From assembly GCF_009914755.1 (NCBI RefSeq), contig NC_060927.1: DNA of 64,000 nucleotides. One strand, given 5' to 3'. The notes beneath the pieces are model-generated. The model made no database searches and was not told where the DNA came from. It saw nothing but the letters and a program-made list of their open reading frames with translations. Below are positions 41,095-54,504 of the stretch, in pieces. Numbering within the stretch: position 1 is the first letter of the stretch; each line of letters opens with the position of its first letter. The DNA is from the human T2T-CHM13v2.0 reference genome, Homo sapiens. The position numbers and the translations under genes were made by a program.

Positions 41095-41689
41095 CTTCTT
41101 TCTTGTTGTTCTGTGGCATACACTGAATATTTTAAACCGCATTTGTCACAGGATTTTGAAAACGTGATCATTTGTTTCATCCTCTCTTCCTCTGCAGCAA
41201 GAATCAAAATTCACTTTGCCCCATGATCTTCACCAGAACGGCATACTTGCCTCTCCCCTCGTCAGATTGAAAAGGTTCCTATGATTTAGGGTCTTCCAGC
41301 ACCCCTCAGGAAGCTTGACAATGAAGAGGAATTATTGATGAATGTGGAAAGGCCAGGGGGTGCACATTCATTTTTAATGACTACACACCTTCCCTTGACT
41401 AAATGGAATCAATCCTTCCTGCCTGAATTTCATCCATTCATCATGCTCTCACAGTGGCTGACACACAGTAGGAACTCAATATTTATTTGTTGGATAAATT
41501 TTTAAAAAGATATAACTTACTTGTATCACTAAATTTTGTATATGAAGTGAAATATGGCTGTCTGAGAAAATAGGACAATTGAGTTTATGGAAGAAAAAAG
41601 TGCAGATAAAGATTAAAGGTCAAATACTTCCTTTTGTCATCTCATTATCCAAACCGTCAACAAGTCCAGTCTTCTTGAAAATACCTCTA

Positions 41690-42230
41690 GGAGCATCCTG
41701 CCTTGCTAGTCCCCCTCAGTGGCACATTCTGTTGGCTGCCAAAGCCAACAGCCCCTCGATGGCCCAGGGCTTCTTCCTCACTGACACCCCCCAGGCCTGG
41801 ACAACCATGACTCTTGACAAGTGGCATGGGTCTGTGACTCAGTCCTGGCCAATGAGACCTGAGGAAATCTCTGTTGTGGGTTTCTGGGAAAGCTTTTACT
41901 TGCTAATAAAAAGGGACGTGTGGCAGGAAAAAACTGCCCCGTTCTTCACGGTTGTCATCACATTTGCATGAGACACCTAGAATTGCCACAGTCACCTTGT
42001 GAGGAGGATCATAAGGAGAGCCCTGCAGACAGGCTGAGGATGAGTACAGAAAGATGGCAACATCTGGATCCCTGGTGGCATCTTTAAGCTGTTGACAAAG
42101 CTGACTCTGCAACCTCCCCACCTTGCTCTAGACTTCCTGCTCAATGAGATGAGATGAACACCCCTACGGCTTAAGCCACTTTTAGTTGGATTTCCTGCTA
42201 TGAACGGTGGAAAGCAACCCAACTGATACC
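41690..42230 (+). mobile_element. Old MLT1 (J/K-like) LTR
   Basis: gtgactcagtcctggccaatgag...cttaagccacttttagttggatttcctg...aactgatac. Confidence 0.6.
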
Positions 42231-42474
42231 CATGACCACCACCCTTATTCTATTTCCCTGGGCTTCTGTTGGCCTTTCCCCCATTCTGGCCCTTTCTCCA
42301 GGGCCAATTGTCCCAGTGTACAGCTCTCTGATGAAAATCCCACTATGGCTCCCTTCAACCCATTGCAAAAATCCAGGCCCTTGCCTCACCCACACGGTCT
42401 TCCCCAGACTTTTCACATGCAAACATACTGTCAAGGACACCCTACAGGGCAACCCTGGAGAGACGTCCATGCAT

Positions 42475-42790
42475 GTTATATCCATTTTCTAGGGGGGGCT
42501 ATAACAAATGACCACAAAATTGGTGGATTACAACAATAGAAATTTCTCACAGTTCTGGAAGCCAGAAGTTCAAAATCAGTATCACTGGGTCAAAAGTCAA
42601 GGTTATAACAGGCCCATGCTCCTTTTGGAGGCTAGGGGGAGAATCCGCTCATTGTTTTTTTCCGGCACTAGTGGCTGCTGGCATTTCTTGTCTTGTGGCC
42701 TCACTACTCCAATCTTCAAAGCATTTTCAACTCTCTACTCTGCCTTCACCTCTATGTGTATAAAATCTCCCTCTGCCTCTCTGTTACACA
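42475..42790 (-). mobile_element. MLT1 LTR fragment
   Basis: ataacaaatgaccacaaaattggtgg...tctcacagttctggaagccagaagttcaaaatc. Confidence 0.7.
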
Positions 42791-43029
42791 GATGCATACC
42801 CACCTCTGTGTGCACACTCACCTCTGTGTGTACACCACCTCCTCTCTGGAAGGAGCTTTCTCTGTGAAAGGGGAACTAGGGAATTGAGGGTCAGAGGAGA
42901 GAGGAGGATTCAGTCTTTACTATATACACATTTGCACTGTAAGCATTTTGTTTAAAATTATTATAAAGCCTCCAATAACTTTTATCTCGATTTGCAATGT
43001 AATATTCCTCAATGGGACTTTTTTACACA

Positions 43030-43420
43030 TGCTCTTAGGTCAGGTTCCCTATAAGGAGACCCTAAAACAAGTATTCACGTGCAAGTAACTTATTAAGGAT
43101 GTGCTGCCAGTGAGGGAGCGGGAGAAGTCGTACAACAGAGTAGAAGCAGCCCAGGAAGGACACAATTTTAAGAACATCCCGTGACCAGCGGCTCAGTCTG
43201 ATCCTGTGGGGAGCTCTGAGGGGTGAGTTATGCTCAGAGTTGTCCCCATCTGAGGCCAGGGAGCAGGGCTTTCATACACCCACACTCCTCTGTCATCGAC
43301 GAGGACCACCTCGGAGCACTTGTGGCTCTTGTTGCTTAAAGCAGGGCAGGCTCCTGGAGCTCAGGAGCAGGGCTTTGCTAAGAGGCACAAGTGCTGCCTG
43401 TTTGAGGTGAAAGCATGATG
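43030..43420. mobile_element. LTR16-like ERVL LTR remnant
   Basis: tcttaggtcaggttccct...gtgcaagtaacttattaagg resembles the LTR16 terminus. Confidence 0.45.
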
Positions 43421-43434
43421 GTAAAAAGGAAGCC

Positions 43435-43539
43435 GAGGCATCTAGATCACTGACATTATCCATAATCAGAGGCGTCTAGGAGATCACCCACATTATCTAT
43501 TATTGAAGGCATCTAGGAGATCATCCACATTATCCAATA
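43435..43539. repeat. Three-copy degenerate tandem repeat, 34-37 bp unit
   Basis: aggc(a/g)tctag(gag)atca..cacattatc, three times. Confidence 0.85.
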
Positions 43540-44925
43540 TGTGTTCTAATTATAAAAAAAAATTAATAGATGTGCCTTCTCTTCCAGCTGGCCTCTGCTC
43601 CTGTCACTTCCCACAGCAGGAAGCCCCCACACTCAATTCCCTTAGCCCATCCAAGTCCTGGCTTGACTTGCCAATACCCAGCTGGAGCCCACTGTGTCCA
43701 GGAGGCCTTGTTCAGTCTCTGCTCTCTCCCAGGGCACTTCTGGTCAGCAGGGCACAATTAGCCTTGAATGCCTTCCCATTTCCTTTGTAGGATGTCTTCT
43801 TCCCGAGGCTCCTTGATGTGTGGGGCCTCAGCAAATGCCCCTTTGCATCCTTGTTCCTGGGCATCAAAAAGTAGTCACTCTCTTTGAGCCTATGGAGTTT
43901 CCCAGTTCCCTGAGGGTTCTGTTATGGAACCCCTAATCACCATCTCAAGTGGTTCTTTCTCATTTTTTATGTACTCTTTCATGGATTAAGTCCAGCCCAC
44001 CTGCCCCACTGGGAAGCAGGAGGACTGGTTTTGGTCCAATAGCCCATCATCTCTGTGTCCTGCCACTGCCACAATCCACACACATTTCAGAACACCCGAG
44101 CAAGTGGCTGCTGCCAAGGAGGAGGCAGAGGGAAAATTCTGGCTAAAAGAGGTAAAAGAGGGACAGACAGCCATCCCAGGCTCCACTATCCAAGGACAGG
44201 GTCAAAGCTTCAGATCAGAAGTCAGGACTCAATAATCAGATCATGGCCTTTTGGGGTCACTATTTCTAAATGTAATCTCTTCCCCATCATTATGGGAAGG
44301 GAAATGACTTACCTGGGCAACACAAACTGTATAAACTAAGCTTTTCTCTGTGACGTTCCTAACAGCAGAAGAGTACTAGCGGCCATCTCCAGAGACAAGA
44401 AGAAAAAGAATTTCAGAGGCTCAGAGGAAAGTTCAATATGGCCCCATGGCAAGAAATACAGGCATGCTGGCTCCAGGTGGACTTGTCACCCTAAGATAAA
44501 AGTTGGAGGCAACTAAGGAAAACCACTGTGGCTGTAGAGATGGATGAGTGTGAATTTATAAGGACAGAAGGGGGTACCTGAGCCTCCAGGGATGGTGACA
44601 AAAGTAAGGCAAACCCAAAAGAGGAGGAATGTTGAGCCTGGAATGAGCTGAGGTGTGCAGGTGGCGTGAGGTATACACACATGCACCTCAGCCTAGAATG
44701 AGATGAGGTATGTGAACTACGTATGTGCATGTGTGCACACGTATACACATACGCCATTTAAAATCATGCTCAAAGCAAGAAGTTGCACAAGAAAAGGGTA
44801 TGTTCAAGACAATAAAAATGGGATTATTCAACTCCTATTTTACTTGCTTTTCTACAAGGAGACAAATTTGGCTAAAGTCTAAGAGACTGTGAAGTTTTCT
44901 CCCCATTAATGGCATCACAGCATTT

Positions 44926-45324
44926 GTATCTGATTCATCAGGATTCTCCTGAGAAAGAGAATCAGTAGGCTATCTTGTATCTAGAAAGATTCATTTTGAG
45001 GAACTGGCTTACATGACTGTGGAGGATGTAAAATCCAAAGTTTGCAGGGTAGCCCAGCAGGCTGGATATTCCAGCAGGAGTCGATGTTGCAGTTTTGAGT
45101 CTGCAGGCTGAATTCCTTCCTCTTCCGGGATCTCAATCTTTTTTCTTAAGGCCTTCAACTGATTGAAGTCCACTCACATTAGGAAGGGTAATGTGCTTTA
45201 CTCTTCTACTGAGTGGAATGTTAATCACATCTAAAAATACTTTCATAGCAACATCTAGATTGGTGTTTGATCAAGTAAGTGAGTACTATAGCCCAACAAA
45301 GCTGACATAAAATTAACCATCACA
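44926..45324 (-). mobile_element. MLT2 LTR
   Basis: ggattctcctgagaaagagaatcagtagg...aaattaaccatcaca. Confidence 0.75.
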
Positions 45325-48300
45325 GGACAATTCTGCAACTTAATTTTCTCGTTTAACATTTCCTGTAATTCCTTCCATGTCAGCTTATACAGAATGACCT
45401 CATCTATAATAAGAATATATTATCCTTTGTTTAACCATTCCCCTACTGATGGACATGAACATTATTACCTTTTTTGATATTACAAGTAATGCTGAGATAA
45501 TATCCTTGTCTATGCCTTCTTGTGAACACATGCATTTGTTTCTTTAGAAGAGATGGACATGAAGTATGAAATTGCTGAGTCATGGATGGGAGTGGGCATT
45601 TCAAATTGTTAACAGATGTTAGCAGTTTGCCCTCTGAAGCAAACTTGAAAATTTTAAATGAGCTCAAGCTGAGATGAATCACTTTTTTTTTTTTTTAAAG
45701 GAAAAGGCACTCATCCATACATACTATTCTGTAAACAGGTGTGTAACTGTCAAGGTGAGTGGCACACAAGAATTTGATAAAAGTCAAAGTACTGAAGGCG
45801 CTGCTAAAGTAGATCTGAGGCTATTCTGACTTCCTCGTTACTCACCTGTGCTATGATTTGCTTTGCAGTGGGAAAGGATGGAGATGCAGCCTGGGAGGGG
45901 TTTGGGTGTTGATTCCTGGGCCTTTCATGGGAGTGATTATTCACAGGAAAATCATCCCTATCACAGGAAAAAGGCAGAGAACTGCTGTCTTTGGCACTAA
46001 AGACTATGATCTCAGAACCAAAGTAATTATCTTGGAGAAACTGTGGCAATAGAAGAAAAAAGCCAGATGGTTTAAAAAGAACAAATATTGGCTCCCTTGT
46101 GAATTCTAGAAACCATAGAAATTGATGTTACTCCCTGGCAAATCCTAGAGTGGATTCTTAAAGAGATGGTTGGGAGCCTTTGAAAGCAAAAGCTTGAGCC
46201 CCAGAAACCTGCAGAACTTCATGAAGAACAAGTGAGACCTAATGTGTTATTACACAGGATTCACAGGATTATGAGACAGGGTTACAGGCCAGAGTAGGTT
46301 TCAGTTACAGAAAAGTGTGTCATCGAGCCTTTCATGTAAATACAATAGAGGAATGGAAGATGGAACAACAGGGCCACCTGAATCCACTGCAGAATGGTTT
46401 GGGTTAGTGTCAGGCACTGGTGGAGAGATTCCTGCAGCGCGCCAAGGACTGTGTCCTTGATCCAGTCTGTTTGCCATTGAGACCAGTCAGGAGCCTCCAT
46501 ACATATGAAGCCTTCAGGGAAGCCAAGGCTGGAAGATCCCCAGAATGAAGGATGATATATCCATGATCAGAAATGTCTTGACAGGCTGGGGAAATGGGCA
46601 GAAGCGAATAGTATGAAATAAAATGGGGGTTAACTCAACAAAAGATTGAATACGCAGGCAGAGAGTGGAGAAGAGCTGACTCCAGAGCCTCATGACAAAG
46701 TCTGCGGGGTTGCAGAGGCTGTAATGATACCCTAAGCCATTCTACCTGAGGCTGTACTTGCAGAAATACAAGTCCACCCTGACAGAAGTCAAGTCCTCGC
46801 AGGTAGCAGCTGCTTTCTAGGATGCTCATGCCCTTCTGACCTCACCAACTGAGCACTTCAGGGGTAAGCTGTATATAAGTTAGACCCATTATCCTAATTA
46901 CATGTCTTAATTTAAATGATTTAAAAGCATATAAACTATAAGTGCAAAAACAAGTTGTTTCTCAAAAAACTAAGTTGAATTCCTTGAATAGAGTCAGCAA
47001 AGAACAATCACTAAAAAGTAACAACTGGCTGAATTAGGGGTGTGTTGGGTGAGGGGACTAGAAAGACTAGAAAAAAAAATCATGAAAACATGGATTCTGC
47101 AGTCAGATTCCATTGATATTTTAAAGAAACTGACACTGGGCATTGTAGCCAGCACACTTTGGGTGTGGTTTATATGAGAAAGATGAGGCAGAACTCTACT
47201 TCAGCAGACACTCAACTCAAAAAGACTGGCAAATGGACATGTATTTACATACTTTACATTCAAATAAAATGTGTAAGATAGGAATCTGATTTGCTTTGGG
47301 TCTCTTTAATTGGCTTTTTCAATTAACCCACCAGCCACCATACCAATTGCATCAGCTGTAAGTGCTTTTTCTACTCTCTTATGTTCCATTCTGGCACCAA
47401 ATTTCACGATAAGCACTGATATGCTAGAACATATTCCAGGGAGAGGGATAAACATGGAAAAGGCTCTATGGCTCAGGTAGCACCTGGTGGTGTCTATAAG
47501 CTCTGATGGGCTGTCAGGCTCAAAGATAAACAGATTCAGAGGGAAGAAGAGGGTCTCTGTATCTTGCTCTTTACCTATTCATCTATGTAGTTTTTTCCTT
47601 TCCTTTCCAAGAATTACCCTTTCTGCTCACATACTAGACTGTAAACTCAAAGAAAGTAAACAAAATACCTGTTATAAATGCCCTATGGATAGACATTTAT
47701 CTTACAAATGCCTTTAATTTTAGGCTGTAGGTTTCCAACCGAGCAAAATGCAATTATTTGTATTTGACTCTACAGGTTCCCTAGCCCAACCTCCTCTGTG
47801 CTTTTAGCATAAAACGAAGGCAATGGGGGGAGGATCTGTCTCACTGATGATACCAGGTGACTGACACAGAAAGCAGTATGTAGTGAGGGCTTACTATGTG
47901 CCCAGTCCTACATTCACAACTTTTTAATATATTTTCTCTTTTAATTCTCATCAATTTTGAGAGGTTGTTACCAGTATCCCCATTTATACAACTGAAAATA
48001 GAAAAAGCAGGTGTGGTTTACTTTTCACATAGTCTGTCACTCAGCTTGGAATCAGAGAGGCAGGATGCACACTCAGGCCAGACTCTGGAATCTCCGCTGT
48101 CTTGCCAACGTGCTGCACTGTCCGCACACTACATTTTCGTGTGTCCATGCACGTGAAGAGAGAGGGAAGCCAGCGAGACAGGGTGGAATTGGAATGGCAC
48201 ATCTACACAGAGCTGAGGGATCAGCACAGGAGGAGGAAAGAGGCAGGAAAGGGACAGACCAGTCCCCACTGTGAGACATGAGAAAGAGCTGGGCAGGGAC

Positions 48301-48753
48301 GTTTTGTGGTCGGAGAGCTAGAGATTATAGGCCTGCCTGGGAGGACAGTGGTTACCAGAAAAGCAGAGTTAACTAGAAGCCAAAAGGGACCTGCTCAGGC
48401 CTTAAAAAGGAAAAATCTTTCCCAGAGGCCAAAAGGGTGGGGAAAAGAAGTAGCTGGGTCTCAAGGGTAGAAGACGTGAGAGCTGGAAAAATGCCCCCAG
48501 CCTTAGAGAGGGGCAGGCAGGAGAGGGGCTGTCTGCAGGCCCAAGTCAGGGTCTGACGGAGCCTCTTCAAAGAGCTGAGGTGCGGGGGAACCTGTCCCGG
48601 ACTGGACATTGCTGGGCTGTGCTGGTTACAGAGCTGTCTACACTTAGTTCCCCTAAGACAGGGATTCTCAAGGTGGGGTTCCCACACCAGCAGCAGCAGC
48701 TCACTTGAAAATGTTTTAGAAATGAAAATTCTTGGGCCCCATCTCAGAGCCAC

Positions 48754-49150
48754 CGTTAAAGACTAAATGTTTTCTATCCTCCCACAATGCGTATGTTGAG
48801 GCTCCAAGCCCTAGTTTGGCTGTATTTGGAGATGGGGCCTCTACAGAAGTAATTAAGGTTAAATGAAGTCATACGCATGGGACCCTGATTGAACAGGATT
48901 AGTGTCCTTATAAGAAGAGACACCAGAGTAGCCCCCTCCCACCTGTGCGTGCTCAGAGGCAAGGGCATATGAGGATACAGTGAGAAGGAAGCCATCTGCA
49001 AGCCAGGAAGAGAGCCCTCACCAGAAACCAAACCCTCCCAGAACCTTGATCTTGGACTTTTCAGCCTCCAGAACTGAGAGGAAAGAAATTTCTGTCGTTT
49101 AATCCGTCTAGTCTGGTATTTTGTTATGGCAGCCCAAGCAGACTAAGACA
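48754..49150 (+). mobile_element. MLT1A-like LTR nested in MER5A (MER5A halves at about 48655-48753 and 49151-49245)
   Basis: gtaattaaggttaaatgaag...gcagactaagaca, flanked by two halves of a MER5A. Confidence 0.8.
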
Positions 49151-49529
49151 TCCATTGAATAGGAAATAGGGGTAGAGCCTGGATAGCTGTGTTTCAAAAA
49201 GTTCTCCAGGTGATTCTGATACAAGCTCAATTTTGAGAAACACTAGTCTACCTTGGGCTGAACCAAAAAGCCTTCAACCCAATCAGCAAGCATTTACTGG
49301 AGTGCCTTGGAGAACAAAGATGAATATTCCCAGACCAAGAAACTCACAATGGAGGGAGGAAAGTGGACAAATAACAAGGATAGAGTACAACAGGAGCTGT
49401 GATAGGGTCATGCCCAGAGAGTTATGAGAACACAGAGGAGGGGTCTTTCACCCTGCAGGAGGTGACCTAAGAGCTGACTCCTGAAGGTTGTTTCCACCAG
49501 CTGCAAAGAGGAAAAGAAACCCATAAACC

Positions 49530-50820
49530 AAGGAGTTACAGTCTTCCCACAAGATCTCTCCTCCATCTGCTTTCAGGAGATGTCAATCTCAGAGGCTGCG
49601 TTAGCCTGACTGCGTGGAGCAGAAACTTGAGACAGCACTGGGCAGTAAGCCTGAAGGTACTGAGGATGCCCAAGTCACCTCCTTTGACACAGTTCTGTCC
49701 CCCAGGCATTGACACTCCAGGCCTCTGATGGGAGCAGCAGCCTTGATGATCTCAGAAATGCCTTCAGGTCTTCCTTTCGTTGTCTTGGTGAATAGCATAT
49801 GGCATCCTTCCACCAGCACCAATCTCCCTATCAAACAGTAGCCTGGCCAACCTTGGTTTTGTCTTCTGAATACACTTTCTCATTCTTGACAACGAAGCCA
49901 GGCTGAGAATTTTCACAATCTTTAAGCTCTGCTTCCCTTTTGATTACAAACTCCATTTTCAGTTTGTTTCTCTCTTCCTGCATTTTACTATCAACAGCCA
50001 AGAACAGCTACACTGCACCCTGAACACTTTGCTTAGTGATTTCTTCCACCAAATATCCTAGTTCGTCCCTCTTTGGTTCTGCCTTCCACAAAGCGCTAGG
50101 ACACGAACACAATTTAGCCAAGTTCTTTGCCACTTTATAATAAGGATGGCCTTTCCTCCAGTTTCCAATACCTTGTTCCTCATTTCCATCTAAGACCTCA
50201 TCAGAATGGCCTTTACTGTCCATATTTCTATGAACATTCTGATCATGACTACTTAGATAATTTCCGATAAGTCTGAGGCCCTCTCTACAGCTCTCCTCTT
50301 CTTCTGAGCCCTCAACAGAATCACCCTAACACTCCATTCACAGAAATCTAGGCTCTTTCTAGCCTGTATGTCCAAACTCTTCCAGCGTCTACCCATTACC
50401 CTGTTCCAAAGTCATTTCTACACTTTCAAGTATTTGTTATAGCAACAACCCCACTTCTTGGTACCAATTTCTGTCTCAGTCCATTCCTACTCCTATAACA
50501 ATGTACCACAGGCTGGGTAATTTATAAATAATAGAAACTTATTCCTCACATTTCTGGAGGCTGGCAAGTCCAAGATCAGGCATCTTGACACTGACCAACA
50601 GGTTTAATGTCTGGCAAAGGCCCATTCCTCATAGATGGTGCCATGTAGGTGTCCTTGCATGATGAAAGGTGGAAGGCCAAAAAAGGGGAGGCAGTGGTCT
50701 GCAGCCTCTCTTCTAAGGGCATTCATCCTATCCATGAGGGTGGAGCCTTTGCAGCCTCATCACTCCTGGGGTCCCACCTTTCAAATCCATCACCTTGTGG
50801 GGTACAGTTCCCACATGGGA
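49530..50820 (-). mobile_element. MaLR LTR (about 50472-50820) plus internal-region remnant
   Basis: LTR/internal junction ggtaccaatttctgt; ORF 50008..50223 (DGNEE..IGNWRKGHPYYKVAKNLA.LC) is typical of the MaLR internal ORF. Confidence 0.8.
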
Positions 50821-50834
50821 GTGGCATCTATACC

Positions 50835-51022
50835 CACCCTGGTTCTTAAAATGGAGTGAGCCTCAGAATCTCCTGCAGGGCCTGCTAAAACGCAGACTGC
50901 CAGGCCCCACCCCCGGAGGGTTCAGCAGATCTGGAGTGGGGCCCAAGAATCTGCATTTCTAATAACTTCCCACATGATGCTGAGGCTACTGGTCCTGCAG
51001 TCACATTAATTTTTAAGAACCA
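50835..51022. mobile_element. MER5A MITE
   Basis: ctggagtggggcccaagaatctgcatttctaataacttccc. Confidence 0.75.
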
Positions 51023-52019
51023 TTTTATAGATGATTTTGGATCACTGCCATCAAGTCATCCTTTTTGAGGAACCACAGAGCCCTCCCTTAACAGCCATTT
51101 TAATATACAGACAGCAGGAATTTCACACACATCCCCATGGCCTGCCAATCACTCGGCACAGGCACATGTTTTGGGTGCAGCCATGCATCGCTACTGTTAC
51201 AGCCAAATGTTACGGAGCAAACTGAATGCCGGCTGCTCAGTCCTTCAGATCCTCAACTCTTGGCATTTCATATTTCACCACCACCTGGAGCCTTCACTCC
51301 ACCACACGTGATGGGCCATGTGACCTGCCCAGCTTACAAGTTGAGGAAGGACAGGGTCCTGAGAGGTGACAGGACCTGCCCACACTCGCTTGGCATCTTG
51401 GACTGAGCTTTACTTCCTCTGCATCCCATTTCTAGTTAGGAGCATGGACCCTGGAGAGACCATGGGCAGCAGGGTCACACAGGAGTAACTGGTGGGGCTG
51501 ATCTCACACCAGGCTGTCACCTGGTTCCTGACTTCCCTCAGGACTTCTGGCCCCTACGCTAACCAGCCCCGGATGCTGTGACTTTCCAACTCCTGCTTCT
51601 GACGACTCCAGTTCCTTTGGGTACTCCATTGCTATCACACTTGCAAGCAGTTATTTCTCATCCCTGTTCAGACGCAGGTATGCCCAACAGCCTTGCTCCT
51701 CACTTCACGTGTGCTGGGAACTGCTGCAGCTTCAAAGCTGAGTAATAGTGTCCCGGGGGACATCCAACTCACCCCCCACCATCCCATCTCCACTTCAATA
51801 ACCAGGCAAGGGACTGCCTCAAGGCTGCAGTTCTGGCAGGCACAAGGGTGTGGCAAGCACTGGCTGTCTAGAGGGTCCCAGTGCCCCACACTCCTCACAA
51901 AGGGTTGTATCCACCTCTGTCTTCCCTCGGCCTGGAGAGCCCTCTTTGGCAGAGGCCCTCCCAGCAATGCCAATCCTGTGTTCTTCCAAAGCATTCAGAA
52001 AGCAGTTCTCTATGTCCAT

Positions 52020-52381
<362 letters not shown>

Positions 52382-53112
52382 TTATATCCCAGACACTGTG
52401 TGTACAAGAGACTAGGCTAAAAAGTCCATGCTTCCGCAGTTAGAGAAATGCCCTTCAGCTACCCACTAGTGAATCTTGGAAGTAAATTAGCTCCTCCAAA
52501 GTCCCAGCAGAACGTGGTTTGAGGAATTCCCCTTCCCACAGCAATTTGGTGGCCTCATGAGTCAACATTTCTCAAAGACATTCTTCAGTATTTAATGTGT
52601 AATCTTGGACCAGGGACCTAACCTCTCTGTGCCTCAGTTTCCTCATCTATATAATGGGCAATAACAGTATTTACTTAAAAGGCTTATTGTGCAGATTAAG
52701 TGAGCTCATGTGCATAACTCTAAGGATAGCTGCAGAGGGAGCCACAGGGTCTGGCTCCAATATTGATGCTGCTCTGAGTATTAACGGAGGCCACAAACTA
52801 TGTGGCCTCATTTATATCACTTAGAGTTGTCAGTTATATGCAAATTAATGAAAGACAACTCTCCTTCCACCAAATGGCCAGGCACATGCAATGTGCTTTT
52901 CTTGCAGAAAGGGAAGAGCGGGGCCCACCCCTACCTGGGGGTGGGAAAAGAGGGGAATGAAAAGACTAAGGGGATCCTTCTAGGACCTACCAGGTCAACT
53001 CCCTCTCAGAAGAAAGCCACAGCTGAGCCACAGCCCCACGGTCAGATCAAGCAGGCGGATAAAACAAGTGCTGTCTAAACAAAAGAAGCGGGGCTGCCAA
53101 CCCCACACTTAC

Positions 53113-53228
53113 TTCCAGGACTGTCCATTGTTCAACCACAATAGCATCATAGCCCTGTATGGTTTTGCTATCTTCTGTGGAAACAGCTTCAAAGATGAAT
53201 ACTCCATCTGTCAAGCCATGTAAGGAAT
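53113..53228 (-). CDS. RFTN1: Raftlin coding exon, 116 nt (fourth from last): (D)SLHGLTDGVFIFEAVSTEDSKTIQGYDAIVVEQWTVLE
   Basis: Acceptor tttttctttttccacAG and donor GAA|GTAAGT on the minus strand. Starts phase 1, ends phase 0. Peptide recognised as raftlin. Confidence 0.96.
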
Positions 53229-53932
53229 CTGTGGAAAAAGAAAAAGGCGGGGGTGGGGGGGGTCTGTAAACCGTCTGTGGCAGAAGTCTTCTAAGCAGCA
53301 AACATTTCCACTGCATTCATTAATAATCCCAATCAGAACATCTTTTCAGCATGTTAATTAAAGAAGGCACACACAAGCCATAGAGTCTATCTAGCCCTAT
53401 CAGAATGAATGAGGCTAATTTACCTCACAGTTTTGAATAATATCCTTGATTTTATGAGCCCAAATTTCATTGTTAGCAATCACCATTTGATTTCACACGT
53501 TTACCTTCCTTTTCATGCTCCAGCGTCAGGATGCACTGGGGAGAACTTATCCAGGGTAAAACACAGTCATTTAGAGACAGTTTTTAGAAGCAAACTATAT
53601 TTAGGTGAGGGTTTTTTTTTTTCTTTTTTCTTTTTTTTTAAAGGGAAGAGATATAACACACCAGATCTGAGCTTGTCAGATGCGTTGATTTTTGGAAGTT
53701 CACATGATGTGGGCTGCAGTCCAGACAACATCTTAGGCAGCTCTTGTCAAGAGGTGGAATGTGGGGGAGAGGGAATTTTCCCAAATAATTTACCACTGGA
53801 AATGTTTCCCTGGGTGCTGCTCTAGTCAATGTACCAGGTTCTGAGCTCTGCACAATTCGACAAGTATACATGAAATGTATAGCATGATCAAGAACTATCT
53901 TAGGCAATGAGGGTAAAAAGAAATATAGAACA

Positions 53933-54392
<460 letters not shown>

Positions 54393-54504
54393 CTATCATG
54401 AAAGGTGATGTGACTCTTTCAAGGGCTAGGTCTCTCATCTATGGGATTATGGACAATCTCTCTTGGTTCCCAGACTTGATGCTATAAACACTGCTCAATC
54501 ATAA

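Noticed and set aside
43435-43539. Repeat array superficially like CRISPR
   Set aside because: Tandem units without unique spacers, no cas genes, mammalian context.
52838-52845. Perfect octamer ATGCAAAT near a coding exon
   Set aside because: A single 8-mer is expected by chance, and it also occurs inside L1/L2 remnants in this window.
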